Shown here piece after piece: positions 26,115 to 34,620 of a stretch of DNA of 64,000 nucleotides. The first letter of the stretch is position 1, and each line of letters opens with the position of its first letter. The position numbers and the translations under genes were made by a program. Source of the DNA: Candidatus Tayloriibacteriota bacterium (lineage in GTDB: Bacteria > Patescibacteriota > Minisyncoccia > Phycocordibacterales > PALSA-1337). The stretch covers positions 3,580-67,579 of the forward strand of contig JBAXUB010000006.1 of the NCBI GenBank assembly GCA_037129895.1, in the 5' to 3' direction. The notes under the pieces were generated by a model that ran no database searches, was not told the DNA's origin, and saw only the letters and a program-made list of their open reading frames with translations.

Positions 26115-27326
26115 ATGAATACAGAAAATAAAAAACTAACTTACGCCCTAGTCGGCGTACCAGTTATAGTACTAGTTCTATTTATCGGCATATTTATAGG
26201 TGGTCGCAATGCTTCTTCGATCGATCGTTCAGATCTGGTCGACCAGTCAATAGTTACGAGTGAAAAATTTCAAAAGTTTTGGAAAGCTTGGCAAATATTG
26301 GATAACAAGTTCGTGACGTCAGCCAGTTCAACTGTTGATAGCAAGATTTATGGAGCTATACAAGGTCTCGCATCGTCATATGGTGATCCATATACGGTAT
26401 TTTTCCCACCTGAACAATCGAAAGCCTTTCAGGAGGACATTTCAGGTAATTTCCAAGGAGTTGGCATGGAGATCGGGATCAGGGAAAAGCAATTACAGGT
26501 TGTCTCACCTATCAAAGACAGTCCAGCATATAAGGCTGGTGTGAAGTCGGGGGACCTCATATTGAAAATTGGCGACAAATCAACAGCAGAGATGAGTGTA
26601 GATGCAGCGGTTAAACTCATTCGTGGCCCGAAGGATACTGAGGTCAAGATCACATTTTTCCCAGTAGGAGGTGCAAAGACTATAGAAAAGACGATTATTC
26701 GTGACATCATCAATATTCCCACATTGGACACAGAAACAAAACCGGGTGGTATATTCGTGATCAAGCTATATAGCTTCACGGCTGATTCACCAAATCTGTT
26801 CCGCAATGCGCTTCGCCAGTTTGTTGCCTCAGGTGATCACAAACTCATCTTAGATCTTCGGGGTAATCCGGGTGGATATCTAGATGCCGCTTGGGATATG
26901 GCTTCATGGTTCCTTCCAGCAGGAGAGACTGTTGTCACAGAAGACTTTGGCGGTAAGGACACACCGAAAGTATATAGGAGTAAGGGCTACAATATATTCA
27001 ACAAGAATCTCAATATGATGATACTCGTTGATAACGGCTCAGCATCAGCGTCAGAGATATTGGCGGGAGCTTTGAAAGAAAATGGTATCGCCAAATTGGT
27101 CGGTACCAAGACCTTTGGAAAGGGTAGTGTACAGGAACTCGTATCACTGACATCTGATACCTCTCTCAAGGTCACGATAGCTCGCTGGCTCACTCCAAAG
27201 GGGCATAACCTGTCACATGACGGTCTAGACCCTGATTATGAAGTTGTTATCACTGACAAGGATGTGGCCTCAAAGACTGACAGTCAGATGAACAAAGCAG
27301 TTGAATTGTTGCAGGCAATACAGTAG
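26115..27326 (+). CDS. ctpA: C-terminal processing peptidase (S41, CtpA/Prc-like) with PDZ domain
   Basis: N-terminal TM helix, PDZ domain (GDLILKIGDKST), S41 catalytic region DLRGNPGGYLDAAWDMASWF and a lysine in ...TFGKGSVQEL. Confidence 0.85.
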   Translation: MNTENKKLTYALVGVPVIVLVLFIGIFIGGRNASSIDRSDLVDQSIVTSEKFQKFWKAWQILDNKFVTSASSTVDSKIYGAIQGLASSYGDPYTVFFPPEQSKAFQEDISGNFQGVGMEIGIREKQLQVVSPIKDSPAYKAGVKSGDLILKIGDKSTAEMSVDAAVKLIRGPKDTEVKITFFPVGGAKTIEKTIIRDIINIPTLDTETKPGGIFVIKLYSFTADSPNLFRNALRQFVASGDHKLILDLRGNPGGYLDAAWDMASWFLPAGETVVTEDFGGKDTPKVYRSKGYNIFNKNLNMMILVDNGSASASEILAGALKENGIAKLVGTKTFGKGSVQELVSLTSDTSLKVTIARWLTPKGHNLSHDGLDPDYEVVITDKDVASKTDSQMNKAVELLQAIQ

Positions 27327-27416
27327 AGTGGGGGTAGTGATCTATTCGTATCATTAATATGCATTCGTATATTAGCATCGCATAAGTTTAATACCGCATT
27401 ATTCAAATATAAAAAC

Positions 27417-27860
27417 ATGAAAGTAATCCTACTCAAAGATGTTCCAAAGCTAGGCAAGAGGTTCGATATCAAGGATGTCTCTAGTGGTCATGCACTAAAC
27501 TTGCTCATACCACAGGGCTTGGTTATCACTGCAACTCCAGATGCGATAAAGCGTATCGACGTCATGAAGAAACAGGTAGAGGGTGAGAAGGCCATTCATG
27601 AGGAATTATTGGTAAAGAATATCAAAGGTCTAGATGGTGTTACTATCACGATAGTAGGGAAGGCCAATGACAAGGGACACCTGTTTGCTGGTATTCATAG
27701 AGAAGAAGTCGCAAAGGAGATCGAGAAGCAGACGCAGCTACAAGTAGATCCATTATTCATACAACTTGAACATCCATTGAAGGAAGTCGGTGAACATGAT
27801 GTCGTAGTGAAGGGTGGAGGTAAAGAAGCCAAATTCAAGGTTTTAGTAGAGAACAAATAG
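27417..27860 (+). CDS. rplI: 50S ribosomal protein L9
   Basis: MKVILLKDVPKLGKRFDIKDVSSGHALNLLIPQGL is a canonical L9 N-domain. 147 aa. Confidence 0.88.
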   Translation: MKVILLKDVPKLGKRFDIKDVSSGHALNLLIPQGLVITATPDAIKRIDVMKKQVEGEKAIHEELLVKNIKGLDGVTITIVGKANDKGHLFAGIHREEVAKEIEKQTQLQVDPLFIQLEHPLKEVGEHDVVVKGGGKEAKFKVLVENK

Positions 27861-27882
27861 CACAGATCGAATAGAAGCACAA

Positions 27883-27911
27883 AAAAAGGAGCCCAGATGG
27901 GTTCCTTTTTG
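27883..27911. terminator. bidirectional rho-independent terminator between rplI and rpmA
   Basis: aaaaaaaGGAGCCCagatGGGTTCCttttt: a 7-bp stem (one G-U) with an A-run on one side and a T-run on the other. It serves the convergent genes. Confidence 0.75.
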
Positions 27912-27939
27912 TAACTATCTGATAGTTTAGAAAATATAC

Positions 27940-28212
27940 TTATATAACACTTGCTGTCTTTTTCCTGTCGATGTGGCTATTGAAGCTAGTCTTTCTCATA
28001 GTACCGAATATGACTTTGCCGTCCTTTAGAGCAAATAGAGTATGATCTTTACCCATACCTACGTTCTTGCCAGGTAATACTGTCGTACCACGCTGACGTA
28101 CGATGATCTGGCCAACAGTGATGCTCTGGTTATGATTGATCTTAACACCCAGATATTGTGGGTTTGAATCGCGACCGTTTTTGGTTGTACCTGCTGCTTT
28201 CTTATGTGCCAT
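27940..28212 (-). CDS. rpmA: 50S ribosomal protein L27
   Basis: [24 protein letters not shown] is a canonical L27 N-terminus. 90 aa. Confidence 0.92.
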   Translation of the reverse strand: MAHKKAAGTTKNGRDSNPQYLGVKINHNQSITVGQIIVRQRGTTVLPGKNVGMGKDHTLFALKDGKVIFGTMRKTSFNSHIDRKKTASVI

Positions 28213-28392
28213 ATTGGTAAATTATAATATTAAATATAAGATCTCAAATCCGTTAGGAGATGAGGACCTAATTGGTGAAATACAGCTTAACACAGGCTCT
28301 GAATATATGCAATACTCAATATACGGCTTAAAATATAGGTATTTTTGGTGCATAGCATGGCTCTGTTGAGCCATATAATAGGGTAGGGGGTA

Positions 28393-28421
28393 TTGACTTA
28401 TTGGCCTAGGGGTGCTATACT
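28393..28421 (+). promoter_or_regulatory. sigma70-like promoter (TTGACT-N17-TATACT)
   Basis: A near-consensus -35/-10 pair with 17-nt spacing, ~60 nt upstream of the ATG at 28483. Confidence 0.55.
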
Positions 28422-28482
28422 ATCCTCACAAAGAGGAACCAAAGTTAGCGCATGCTTACCTAGGTTCTTTTTTATTAAAAAC

Positions 28483-28941
28483 ATGATTGAACTTACAACA
28501 GGAGTAGTGTTCTTGATGTCATCGCTATATGGTAATGGTCAGGGAGACAATTCAAAAGTGATTGTCATGCCAGATCAGAATATTGCAGTGATAACAACTG
28601 CTGACAGCTCTTCAACAACTAGTGTAAAGACTATGGAAGCCTATCTTCGAAAGGAGTTTGCCGACACACCCATATTGGTGGATATTGCTCGTTGCGAGTC
28701 AAATTTTCATCAATTTGATAAAGACGGTAATCTCATTCGAGGACGAGTCAATAATGCAGACGTTGGTGTGATGCAGATCAATGAGTTGTATCACGACAAG
28801 ACTGCAGCCAAACTAGGGCTCGACCTACATACTCTAGAAGGTAACGTAGCTTATGCCAAACATCTTTACAATGAACAAGGTTCTCAACCTTGGGTATCAT
28901 CTTCGAAGTGTTGGTTAGCTAGTCAAGTTGCAAAGAAGTAA
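28483..28941 (+). CDS. lytic transglycosylase-like (SLT/GH23 lysozyme-like) protein
   Basis: ARCESNFHQFD (catalytic Glu-Ser) and the downstream VGVMQIN motif fit the SLT-domain pattern E-S...G(L/V)MQ(I/V). Hydrophobic N-terminus. Start taken at ATG 28483; the track start at 28393 lies inside the promoter. Confidence 0.5.
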   Translation: MIELTTGVVFLMSSLYGNGQGDNSKVIVMPDQNIAVITTADSSSTTSVKTMEAYLRKEFADTPILVDIARCESNFHQFDKDGNLIRGRVNNADVGVMQINELYHDKTAAKLGLDLHTLEGNVAYAKHLYNEQGSQPWVSSSKCWLASQVAKK

Positions 28942-28961
28942 TTAATAACCTATATAAACAA

Positions 28962-28996
28962 AAAGGAGTCTTACAGAAATGTGGGACTCTTTTTTG
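28962..28996 (+). terminator. rho-independent terminator
   Basis: aaaaGGAGTCttacagaaatgtgGGACTCtttttt: a stem followed by a T6 run, right after the 28941 stop. Confidence 0.55.
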
Positions 28997-29003
28997 TTGG
29001 GGG

Positions 29004-29027
29004 TATGCAGAGGTCAGACCTCTACAC
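29004..29027. repeat. REP copy
   Basis: tatGCAGAGGTCAGACCTCTACac. Confidence 0.8.
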
Positions 29028-29030
29028 TAC

Positions 29031-29058
29031 TTGACAAGGTAGCCTAAAGTATTATACT
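29031..29058 (+). promoter_or_regulatory. sigma70-like promoter (TTGACA-N16-TATACT)
   Basis: Consensus -35 TTGACA and -10 TATACT ~80 nt upstream of the 29138 ATG, whose RBS is aaaggag. Confidence 0.5.
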
Positions 29059-29137
29059 AATTATGTTGTTGAAATACTAGTAATCAACCGGTTTGCCTGA
29101 CGATTAGGCATGTTAGTTCATTAAAGAAAGGAGTGCT

Positions 29138-29383
29138 ATGGCACTTACCAAAGAGAAACTCGGCGAGATCGCATTGAAGATTCTCCAGGCTCAATTAGAA
29201 AGAAACGGTCTTCCGATCAACCATCCGGACATCAAGCGGGAAGTTGACAAGGAAGCCAGAGACCTCGGGATTACCTCCGCAGAATTCGCCGAGTTGGCAA
29301 AATTGACCTACAAGAGCGCCTACGAGAAGCTTGTAATTGAGCTCGACAAGATCATTGCTGATAGTATTGCAAACGATTACTGA
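29138..29383 (+). CDS. small hypothetical protein (81 aa, helical)
   Basis: Strong RBS (aaaGGAGtgctATG) and promoter. It is followed by a hairpin plus T-run at ~29411-29440. Confidence 0.45.
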   Translation: MALTKEKLGEIALKILQAQLERNGLPINHPDIKREVDKEARDLGITSAEFAELAKLTYKSAYEKLVIELDKIIADSIANDY

Positions 29384-29630
29384 ATGTCATTGTTTCGCCG
29401 GTAGTTCACAACCCCTAAGCTTCAAGCGTGGGGGTATTTTATTAGATAATGTCCTATGTAACGGGGAAGGAATTATTAGTTGCGCTAAATTGGCACTGCA
29501 TTCTATTTGATACCATGTCGGCCCCTTGAAAACAGGGTACTCCTTGATTCCTAACTCGCGCGTGCCAGCGCTCCTAAGGAAGCAATGTCGCACAATATAT
29601 CTTTCCGACAATTACTATATAATGAAACAA

Positions 29631-29660
29631 GGCAGGTATTCCCTGCCTGGTTAAAATTTT
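29631..29660 (-). terminator. rho-independent terminator of the minus-strand gene 29697-30026
   Basis: Minus-strand reading: CCAGGCAGGGaataCCTGCCTTGtttcatt, i.e. a stem followed by a U-rich tract, ~40 nt downstream of the stop. Confidence 0.5.
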
Positions 29661-29696
29661 CATTGAGTGGATAGTCAGTCGGTCAGTTACCTTCTA

Positions 29697-30026
29697 TCAA
29701 TTCGACGGCACTGGCATCTGCGGAGTTTGTGATTGTAATATAACTGGACTGCCATCATTCTTCATCCTTAACAGTCCACTTATCGCTGGGTCCCAAATCA
29801 ACGGTATGAATATCTTGTTTAGCAAATAATCGAATGGTTTATTCAAGTATGTGTTCCAAGTATCAACTACCACTCCCCTGACGAACATCCAATTGTCTTG
29901 GAAAGTTGGTGAGTTAACAATGCTACGAAGATTGAATCCAAAATATCCGAGTACGAGTAAGATAATAATTATAAATAATGCTGTGCGAATAATAGAACCG
30001 CTGTTTGTATTTATGAAAGGAATCAT
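29697..30026 (-). CDS. hypothetical membrane protein
   Basis: 109 aa with one N-terminal TM helix (ALFIIIILLVLGYFGF). Sits downstream of the M23 peptidase gene on the same strand. Confidence 0.4.
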   Translation of the reverse strand: MIPFINTNSGSIIRTALFIIIILLVLGYFGFNLRSIVNSPTFQDNWMFVRGVVVDTWNTYLNKPFDYLLNKIFIPLIWDPAISGLLRMKNDGSPVILQSQTPQMPVPSN

Positions 30027-30114
30027 GCATGTATTTTATCCTTTTTGGACGATTTGCGCCTCGAAGTTATACACAGCCTACGAGAGCGGGCCCGTTTGTT
30101 GATTTACCAGTTTC

Positions 30115-31437
30115 TTATCTAGGAGGAAGATATATCATAGGGTCAAGATAGGCTTTCGGGTCTGCTGCAACGGTTTTGATATTCTTGCAGTTCGTAGAAG
30201 CGTTGAGGGCTTGCGATAAGACCACTTTGATACCGGTCGTCGCGTATACTCCAAAATGCAGGTGTGGACCCTCAGAGAAGCCCGTATTACCAGAGTAACC
30301 GATAATCTCTCCTGTAGAGATAGTTTGGCCGACATTTACATTGACCAATGATAGGTGGCCATAAAGTGTTGATAGTCCATTTGGATGACGTAGGAGTACC
30401 CAATACCCATATTGGCAACCTTTCCTCGCGTTGGTCTTCTCGAGATCAACAACAGTCCCTCCTAGTGATGACATTACTGGAGTACCGATACTAGCTCGTA
30501 GATCGACGCCGCCGTGACTTCCAGAAGCGTATAGTCTCTGTGAGTCAGAAGTTATTCCGAACAATTGTGTTATATAGATATTATCGAGCGGCCAGGATAG
30601 AACGCCACTACCTTTGGCTGGCAATTTACTAAAGTCGATCGATATGCGCAGGGCTGACTCGTAAGCAAACAGCTCTTTCTCGAAAGCGGCCTTCTGTGCA
30701 CTTCTCTGTTTCACTAATTTCTGATATTCAGCCTCCGATTGGTTGGTCTGTTTCAATAGAGCATTTTGTTCGCTGACGGTCGACAATACCACTTTACGTT
30801 GGTCTGCAAGCTCCTTGTTCAATGATAATAGGTCAGCCTTTGCCTTTTCACTTGCAGACCTGTTGACCTCTAGTTGGTCCTTATCTTTGGTCAGTGAAGA
30901 TATCCTGTCAAAGACATTCTTCTGGATGAGACTGAGTTCCTCTAGTGTATTCAGTGCATCAGAGATCGAATTGCTACCAAACACGATCTCAGTCACGTCA
31001 GTATCACCCATCTGATCAAGTTGTTTGAATGACTGGGCTACGATCCTCTGATCGTCACTGATATTATTTTGTTTCGTTGATATTTTGGATCCTAGTTGTT
31101 GTATCTCGAATGTCTTTGCCGCTATCTTATCTTGAGTGAGGGCAATATTTGCCTCTAGCTTCTTTTGTGTTAGTTGTAGCGATTTGATAGTCGAAGACAG
31201 AGATGAAGCTTGAGAACTGAGATCATTGATCTGTGTCTGGTAGCCCTTGATCTCGTTCTCGAGATTCTTGATGTCTTGATTTCTCTGCTCTATCTTGGCT
31301 TGAAGTTCTGCTGCAGTTTGTCCGTAAGCTATATTAGAAAAAGGTGTACTACATATTGTATATGCAGAAAATATTATTAAAATAATAATTACAGATTTAA
31401 TAGATCGATCGAAAACATTATCAGATGATATCTTCAT
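30115..31437 (-). CDS. M23 family metallopeptidase with N-terminal coiled-coil (EnvC-like architecture)
   Basis: Signal/TM, ~250-aa coiled-coil, and a C-terminal LytM domain with intact metal-binding motifs (HGGVD...GHLS...GPHLHFGVY). Confidence 0.82.
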   Translation of the reverse strand: MKISSDNVFDRSIKSVIIILIIFSAYTICSTPFSNIAYGQTAAELQAKIEQRNQDIKNLENEIKGYQTQINDLSSQASSLSSTIKSLQLTQKKLEANIALTQDKIAAKTFEIQQLGSKISTKQNNISDDQRIVAQSFKQLDQMGDTDVTEIVFGSNSISDALNTLEELSLIQKNVFDRISSLTKDKDQLEVNRSASEKAKADLLSLNKELADQRKVVLSTVSEQNALLKQTNQSEAEYQKLVKQRSAQKAAFEKELFAYESALRISIDFSKLPAKGSGVLSWPLDNIYITQLFGITSDSQRLYASGSHGGVDLRASIGTPVMSSLGGTVVDLEKTNARKGCQYGYWVLLRHPNGLSTLYGHLSLVNVNVGQTISTGEIIGYSGNTGFSEGPHLHFGVYATTGIKVVLSQALNASTNCKNIKTVAADPKAYLDPMIYLPPR

Positions 31438-31452
31438 AATGTTGTGTATCTA

Positions 31453-32835
31453 TCAACTTAGTGATTGTATAGCAGAATCAATCCTCTTTAAGCTTTCAGT
31501 AATTCCTAGAATATATATACAATTGAATGGATCTGGAGATCGGTCCTGACCTGAGAGTGACATGCGTAATGGCCATAATACATCTCCTTTACCATTGGCT
31601 TCAGCATACGGCCAGATAGAGGTCTTTATTGACTCAGCCGATAACTGGTCATTGTCTTCAATCTTACTTATCATATCGCGACATTCCTGCAGATGCTTTC
31701 GTGCCACTTCCCTATCAGGATTCTTTTTCCAAAGAAGTTTATCGGCGGGCACACTCTCATAGTCATGTACGAAATGAAGTTCGCCACCTTGACCCAGAAG
31801 GTCAGTGATTTCAGAAAATGCACTGATCTTTTCCTTCAATAGCGGAAGCATCTTTTTGAATGTTGTACTACTAGTTGAGAGCCATTCTGGTACAAAGACT
31901 TTTGCATGTTCTACGAAATCCGTATCAGATGATTTTGAAATGTATTGCTTATTGAACCATTTCAGTTTTTCATCATTGAAGATCGCTCCACTCTTTTGGA
32001 CTCTCTCCAAAGAGAATTGCTCGATGATCTCTGGTAGTGATAAGACTTCCCTATCGTCGACTGGATGCCAGCCTAGAAGTGCCATGAAATTGATGATGGC
32101 ACCTGGTAGATAACCTTTTTCTCTGTAAGAGCTTATAGGCACTGCACCATGTCTCTTTGACAGCTTGGCGCGTTCAGAAGAGAGTAATAGAGGAATATGT
32201 GCGAACATCGGAACTGGTGCGCCGATCGCCTCATATATGAGGATTTGCCTCGGTGTATTGGAGATATGATCTTCGCCACGGATAATATGTGTCATTCCCA
32301 TTTCATAGTCGTCTACAACATTCACTAGATGGAATATTGGCTCCTCCATACTCTTTGCTATGACAAAGTCACCGAGTTCGGTTGTGTCAAATTCAACTCT
32401 TCCACGAATCAGGTCATCGAATGCCACCTTTTTGTTCGGATTCTTGAATCGTATAACTTCTGATCGTCTGGATACTTGTTCGTCTCGAATTTCTCCATCT
32501 TTGCCCACCACCGCTGCGATCCCGGGTGTTTCCTTGGACAAATATGCATGGCCGGTGTCTACCAACTGTTTCAGATATTTTCTATAAATCTCTGTTCGTT
32601 CAGATTGTCTGTAAAATTCATCATACTCGAGTCCGAGCCACTTCAAACTATCGATAATATTGTCTTCGTATTCCTTGCGTGATCTCTCCTTGTCGGTGTC
32701 TTCTATACGCAATATAAACTTGCCTTTGTTCTGTCTGGCAAATATATATGCGAATAGCGCAGCACGATAACTACCAGCATGGAATAGTCCAGTTGGTGAA
32801 GGCGCGAAGCGTGTTACAACAGGTTTGTCATTCAT
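31453..32835 (-). CDS. gltX: glutamyl-tRNA synthetase
   Basis: VVTRFAPSPTGLFHAGSYRAALFAY (HIGH region as HAGS) and KLSKR (KMSKS). 460 aa. Confidence 0.9.
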   Translation of the reverse strand: MNDKPVVTRFAPSPTGLFHAGSYRAALFAYIFARQNKGKFILRIEDTDKERSRKEYEDNIIDSLKWLGLEYDEFYRQSERTEIYRKYLKQLVDTGHAYLSKETPGIAAVVGKDGEIRDEQVSRRSEVIRFKNPNKKVAFDDLIRGRVEFDTTELGDFVIAKSMEEPIFHLVNVVDDYEMGMTHIIRGEDHISNTPRQILIYEAIGAPVPMFAHIPLLLSSERAKLSKRHGAVPISSYREKGYLPGAIINFMALLGWHPVDDREVLSLPEIIEQFSLERVQKSGAIFNDEKLKWFNKQYISKSSDTDFVEHAKVFVPEWLSTSSTTFKKMLPLLKEKISAFSEITDLLGQGGELHFVHDYESVPADKLLWKKNPDREVARKHLQECRDMISKIEDNDQLSAESIKTSIWPYAEANGKGDVLWPLRMSLSGQDRSPDPFNCIYILGITESLKRIDSAIQSLS

Positions 32836-32843
32836 GCGTTAGA

Positions 32844-33347
32844 TTATCCCTTGAGTCCTGCGCTCGCTGCTGTAGTAGCGTGGAAGATGTGCATAATGAT
32901 GTTGCCAACAGAATCCTTGAGAGGAACATCCTTGACTGCATTGAACTTGCCACTGCCGTCATCTGTGTAGATAACTGCGTAGTAAGTACCTCCATCTAGT
33001 GTTGGTGTAGACAATGTGATCTTGCCACCAGGATTTATACCAGCATCGTAATGAGCTGAACCCATGATAGCACCTGGTTGTCCACCATTATCAGATTGGA
33101 TAACAACCCATGAAGAATTCTGTACTTGTACAGAAGATAGATAAACGACGTTTCCTGGGAATTGATCTGACATAACTATCCTGTTGAGAGCAGTTGTCGG
33201 GATCTGACTCGTAGTGTCATCTGTAATAACTGGAGCGTTACTCTTCTTGCCTCCGAATACCAAGATACCCAAGACTATGAGAGCGATGATAACGATGATA
33301 GTAACAACCCACTGCCATGTTTTGACTCCTGATGTTTGTGGTTCCAT
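32844..33347 (-). CDS. hypothetical membrane-anchored extracytoplasmic protein
   Basis: Start taken at MEPQTSGVKTWQWVVTIIVIIALIVLGILVFGG (TM anchor), followed by a ~130-aa beta-rich domain. The track start at 33401 is likely too far upstream. Confidence 0.4.
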   Translation of the reverse strand: MEPQTSGVKTWQWVVTIIVIIALIVLGILVFGGKKSNAPVITDDTTSQIPTTALNRIVMSDQFPGNVVYLSSVQVQNSSWVVIQSDNGGQPGAIMGSAHYDAGINPGGKITLSTPTLDGGTYYAVIYTDDGSGKFNAVKDVPLKDSVGNIIMHIFHATTAASAGLKG

Positions 33348-33467
33348 GTGAATATTTATTAATATTAACGTTGCTAAGGTCGACTTGTTTTTATAAGTCA
33401 ATTATATCACACATTTCACCCACAAATGCAAGTGCAGGTGTGTTCTAATTTTAGTCAATAAGTGATG

Positions 33468-34601
33468 CTATTTCTCGTGAGTGAGTGCCAAGTCCATGAT
33501 CGCATCAGCAATGACAGTTGCGCTATCAACCCTAGAAAATGTTTTTGCACGTTCTTTCATTGTCTCGATGATCTTTGGTGATTTACAGATTCTGTCGACT
33601 TCCTCTACTAGTATGTGTGGAGTGAGATTGTTTTCCTCAATGACCGAAGCAGCACCACTTTCTGCGTAAGCAAAGGCATTGGCTGTCTGATCATGACTCA
33701 CACTGTTTGGTAATGGGATGATGATAGAAGGTATTCCCCAAGCAGCGATCTCAAATATTGTAGATCCAGCTCTAGATATGATCATCGTCGCTACACCAGC
33801 CGACATACGCATGGCGAGCTCGTTCATATAATCGAATGTATGATATCGATACGAGAATGGATGATCCTTTAGGATCACCTTTGATGTGGCGTTGATCTCA
33901 TCTAGATTGTTCTTGCCAGTTTGGTGAATGATCTGATATCTGTTCAATAATTCTGGCAATGTCTGTATGATTGCATCATTGATATTCTGTGATCCTTGAG
34001 AGCCACCGAGAACTAGTATGGTCGGTGTGTCCTGCTCGAGTCCTAGGAATTCATGAGCTCCATTCGTGAGAGGGACTAAGACTTCTCTTCGGATCGGATT
34101 GCCAGTCAATGCGACTCGATCCTTGTGCTTGGTGAAGTATTCAGCCGCACCAGGATATGAGATAGCGATTTTCTTCGCGAATTTGCTGGCCCAAATATTG
34201 ACCTTTCCAGGTTTGCTATCGGACTCATGTATAATAACTGGAATATTGAGTAGTTTTGCCGCGAACAATGCTGGGAAACTCGCGTACCCACCTTTACCGA
34301 ATATGACATCAGGATACAGTGAATACATCTTGAATATCGCCATGACACAACCTGTTAGAGTCTTGAATGCGTCGGTTATGTTAAGTAGTGAGAAATATCG
34401 TCGTACTTTACCGGCGGGTACTGGTATAAACTCCATTTCATTGTCGAATAAAGATCGAGCATTGTATTTGCTTGGTGCCATATAATACAGAGATGGCATA
34501 ATGATCTTGCGTTCTTTGCATTGCTCACGCACCGCCTCAGCAACAGCGATAATTGGATAAAAGTGTCCGCCCGTTCCTCCGCCTGTAAATAGGATTTTCA
34601 T
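33468..34601 (-). CDS. murG: undecaprenyldiphospho-muramoylpentapeptide beta-N-acetylglucosaminyltransferase MurG
   Basis: MKILFTGGGTGGHFYPIIAVAEAV is a canonical MurG N-terminus. GT28 C-terminal domain. ATG at 34599-34601. Confidence 0.88.
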   Translation of the reverse strand: MKILFTGGGTGGHFYPIIAVAEAVREQCKERKIIMPSLYYMAPSKYNARSLFDNEMEFIPVPAGKVRRYFSLLNITDAFKTLTGCVMAIFKMYSLYPDVIFGKGGYASFPALFAAKLLNIPVIIHESDSKPGKVNIWASKFAKKIAISYPGAAEYFTKHKDRVALTGNPIRREVLVPLTNGAHEFLGLEQDTPTILVLGGSQGSQNINDAIIQTLPELLNRYQIIHQTGKNNLDEINATSKVILKDHPFSYRYHTFDYMNELAMRMSAGVATMIISRAGSTIFEIAAWGIPSIIIPLPNSVSHDQTANAFAYAESGAASVIEENNLTPHILVEEVDRICKSPKIIETMKERAKTFSRVDSATVIADAIMDLALTHEK

Positions 34602-34620
34602 TGATGTAATTATAACTGAT

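Noticed and set aside
29441-29630. Candidate small RNA between the 29138 gene's terminator and the hairpin at 29631-29660.
   Set aside because: The downstream hairpin is better explained as the terminator of the minus-strand gene 29697-30026. The remaining ~190 nt show no motif I can match to a known RNA family. The minus-strand ORF 29387-29611 is also unconvincing.
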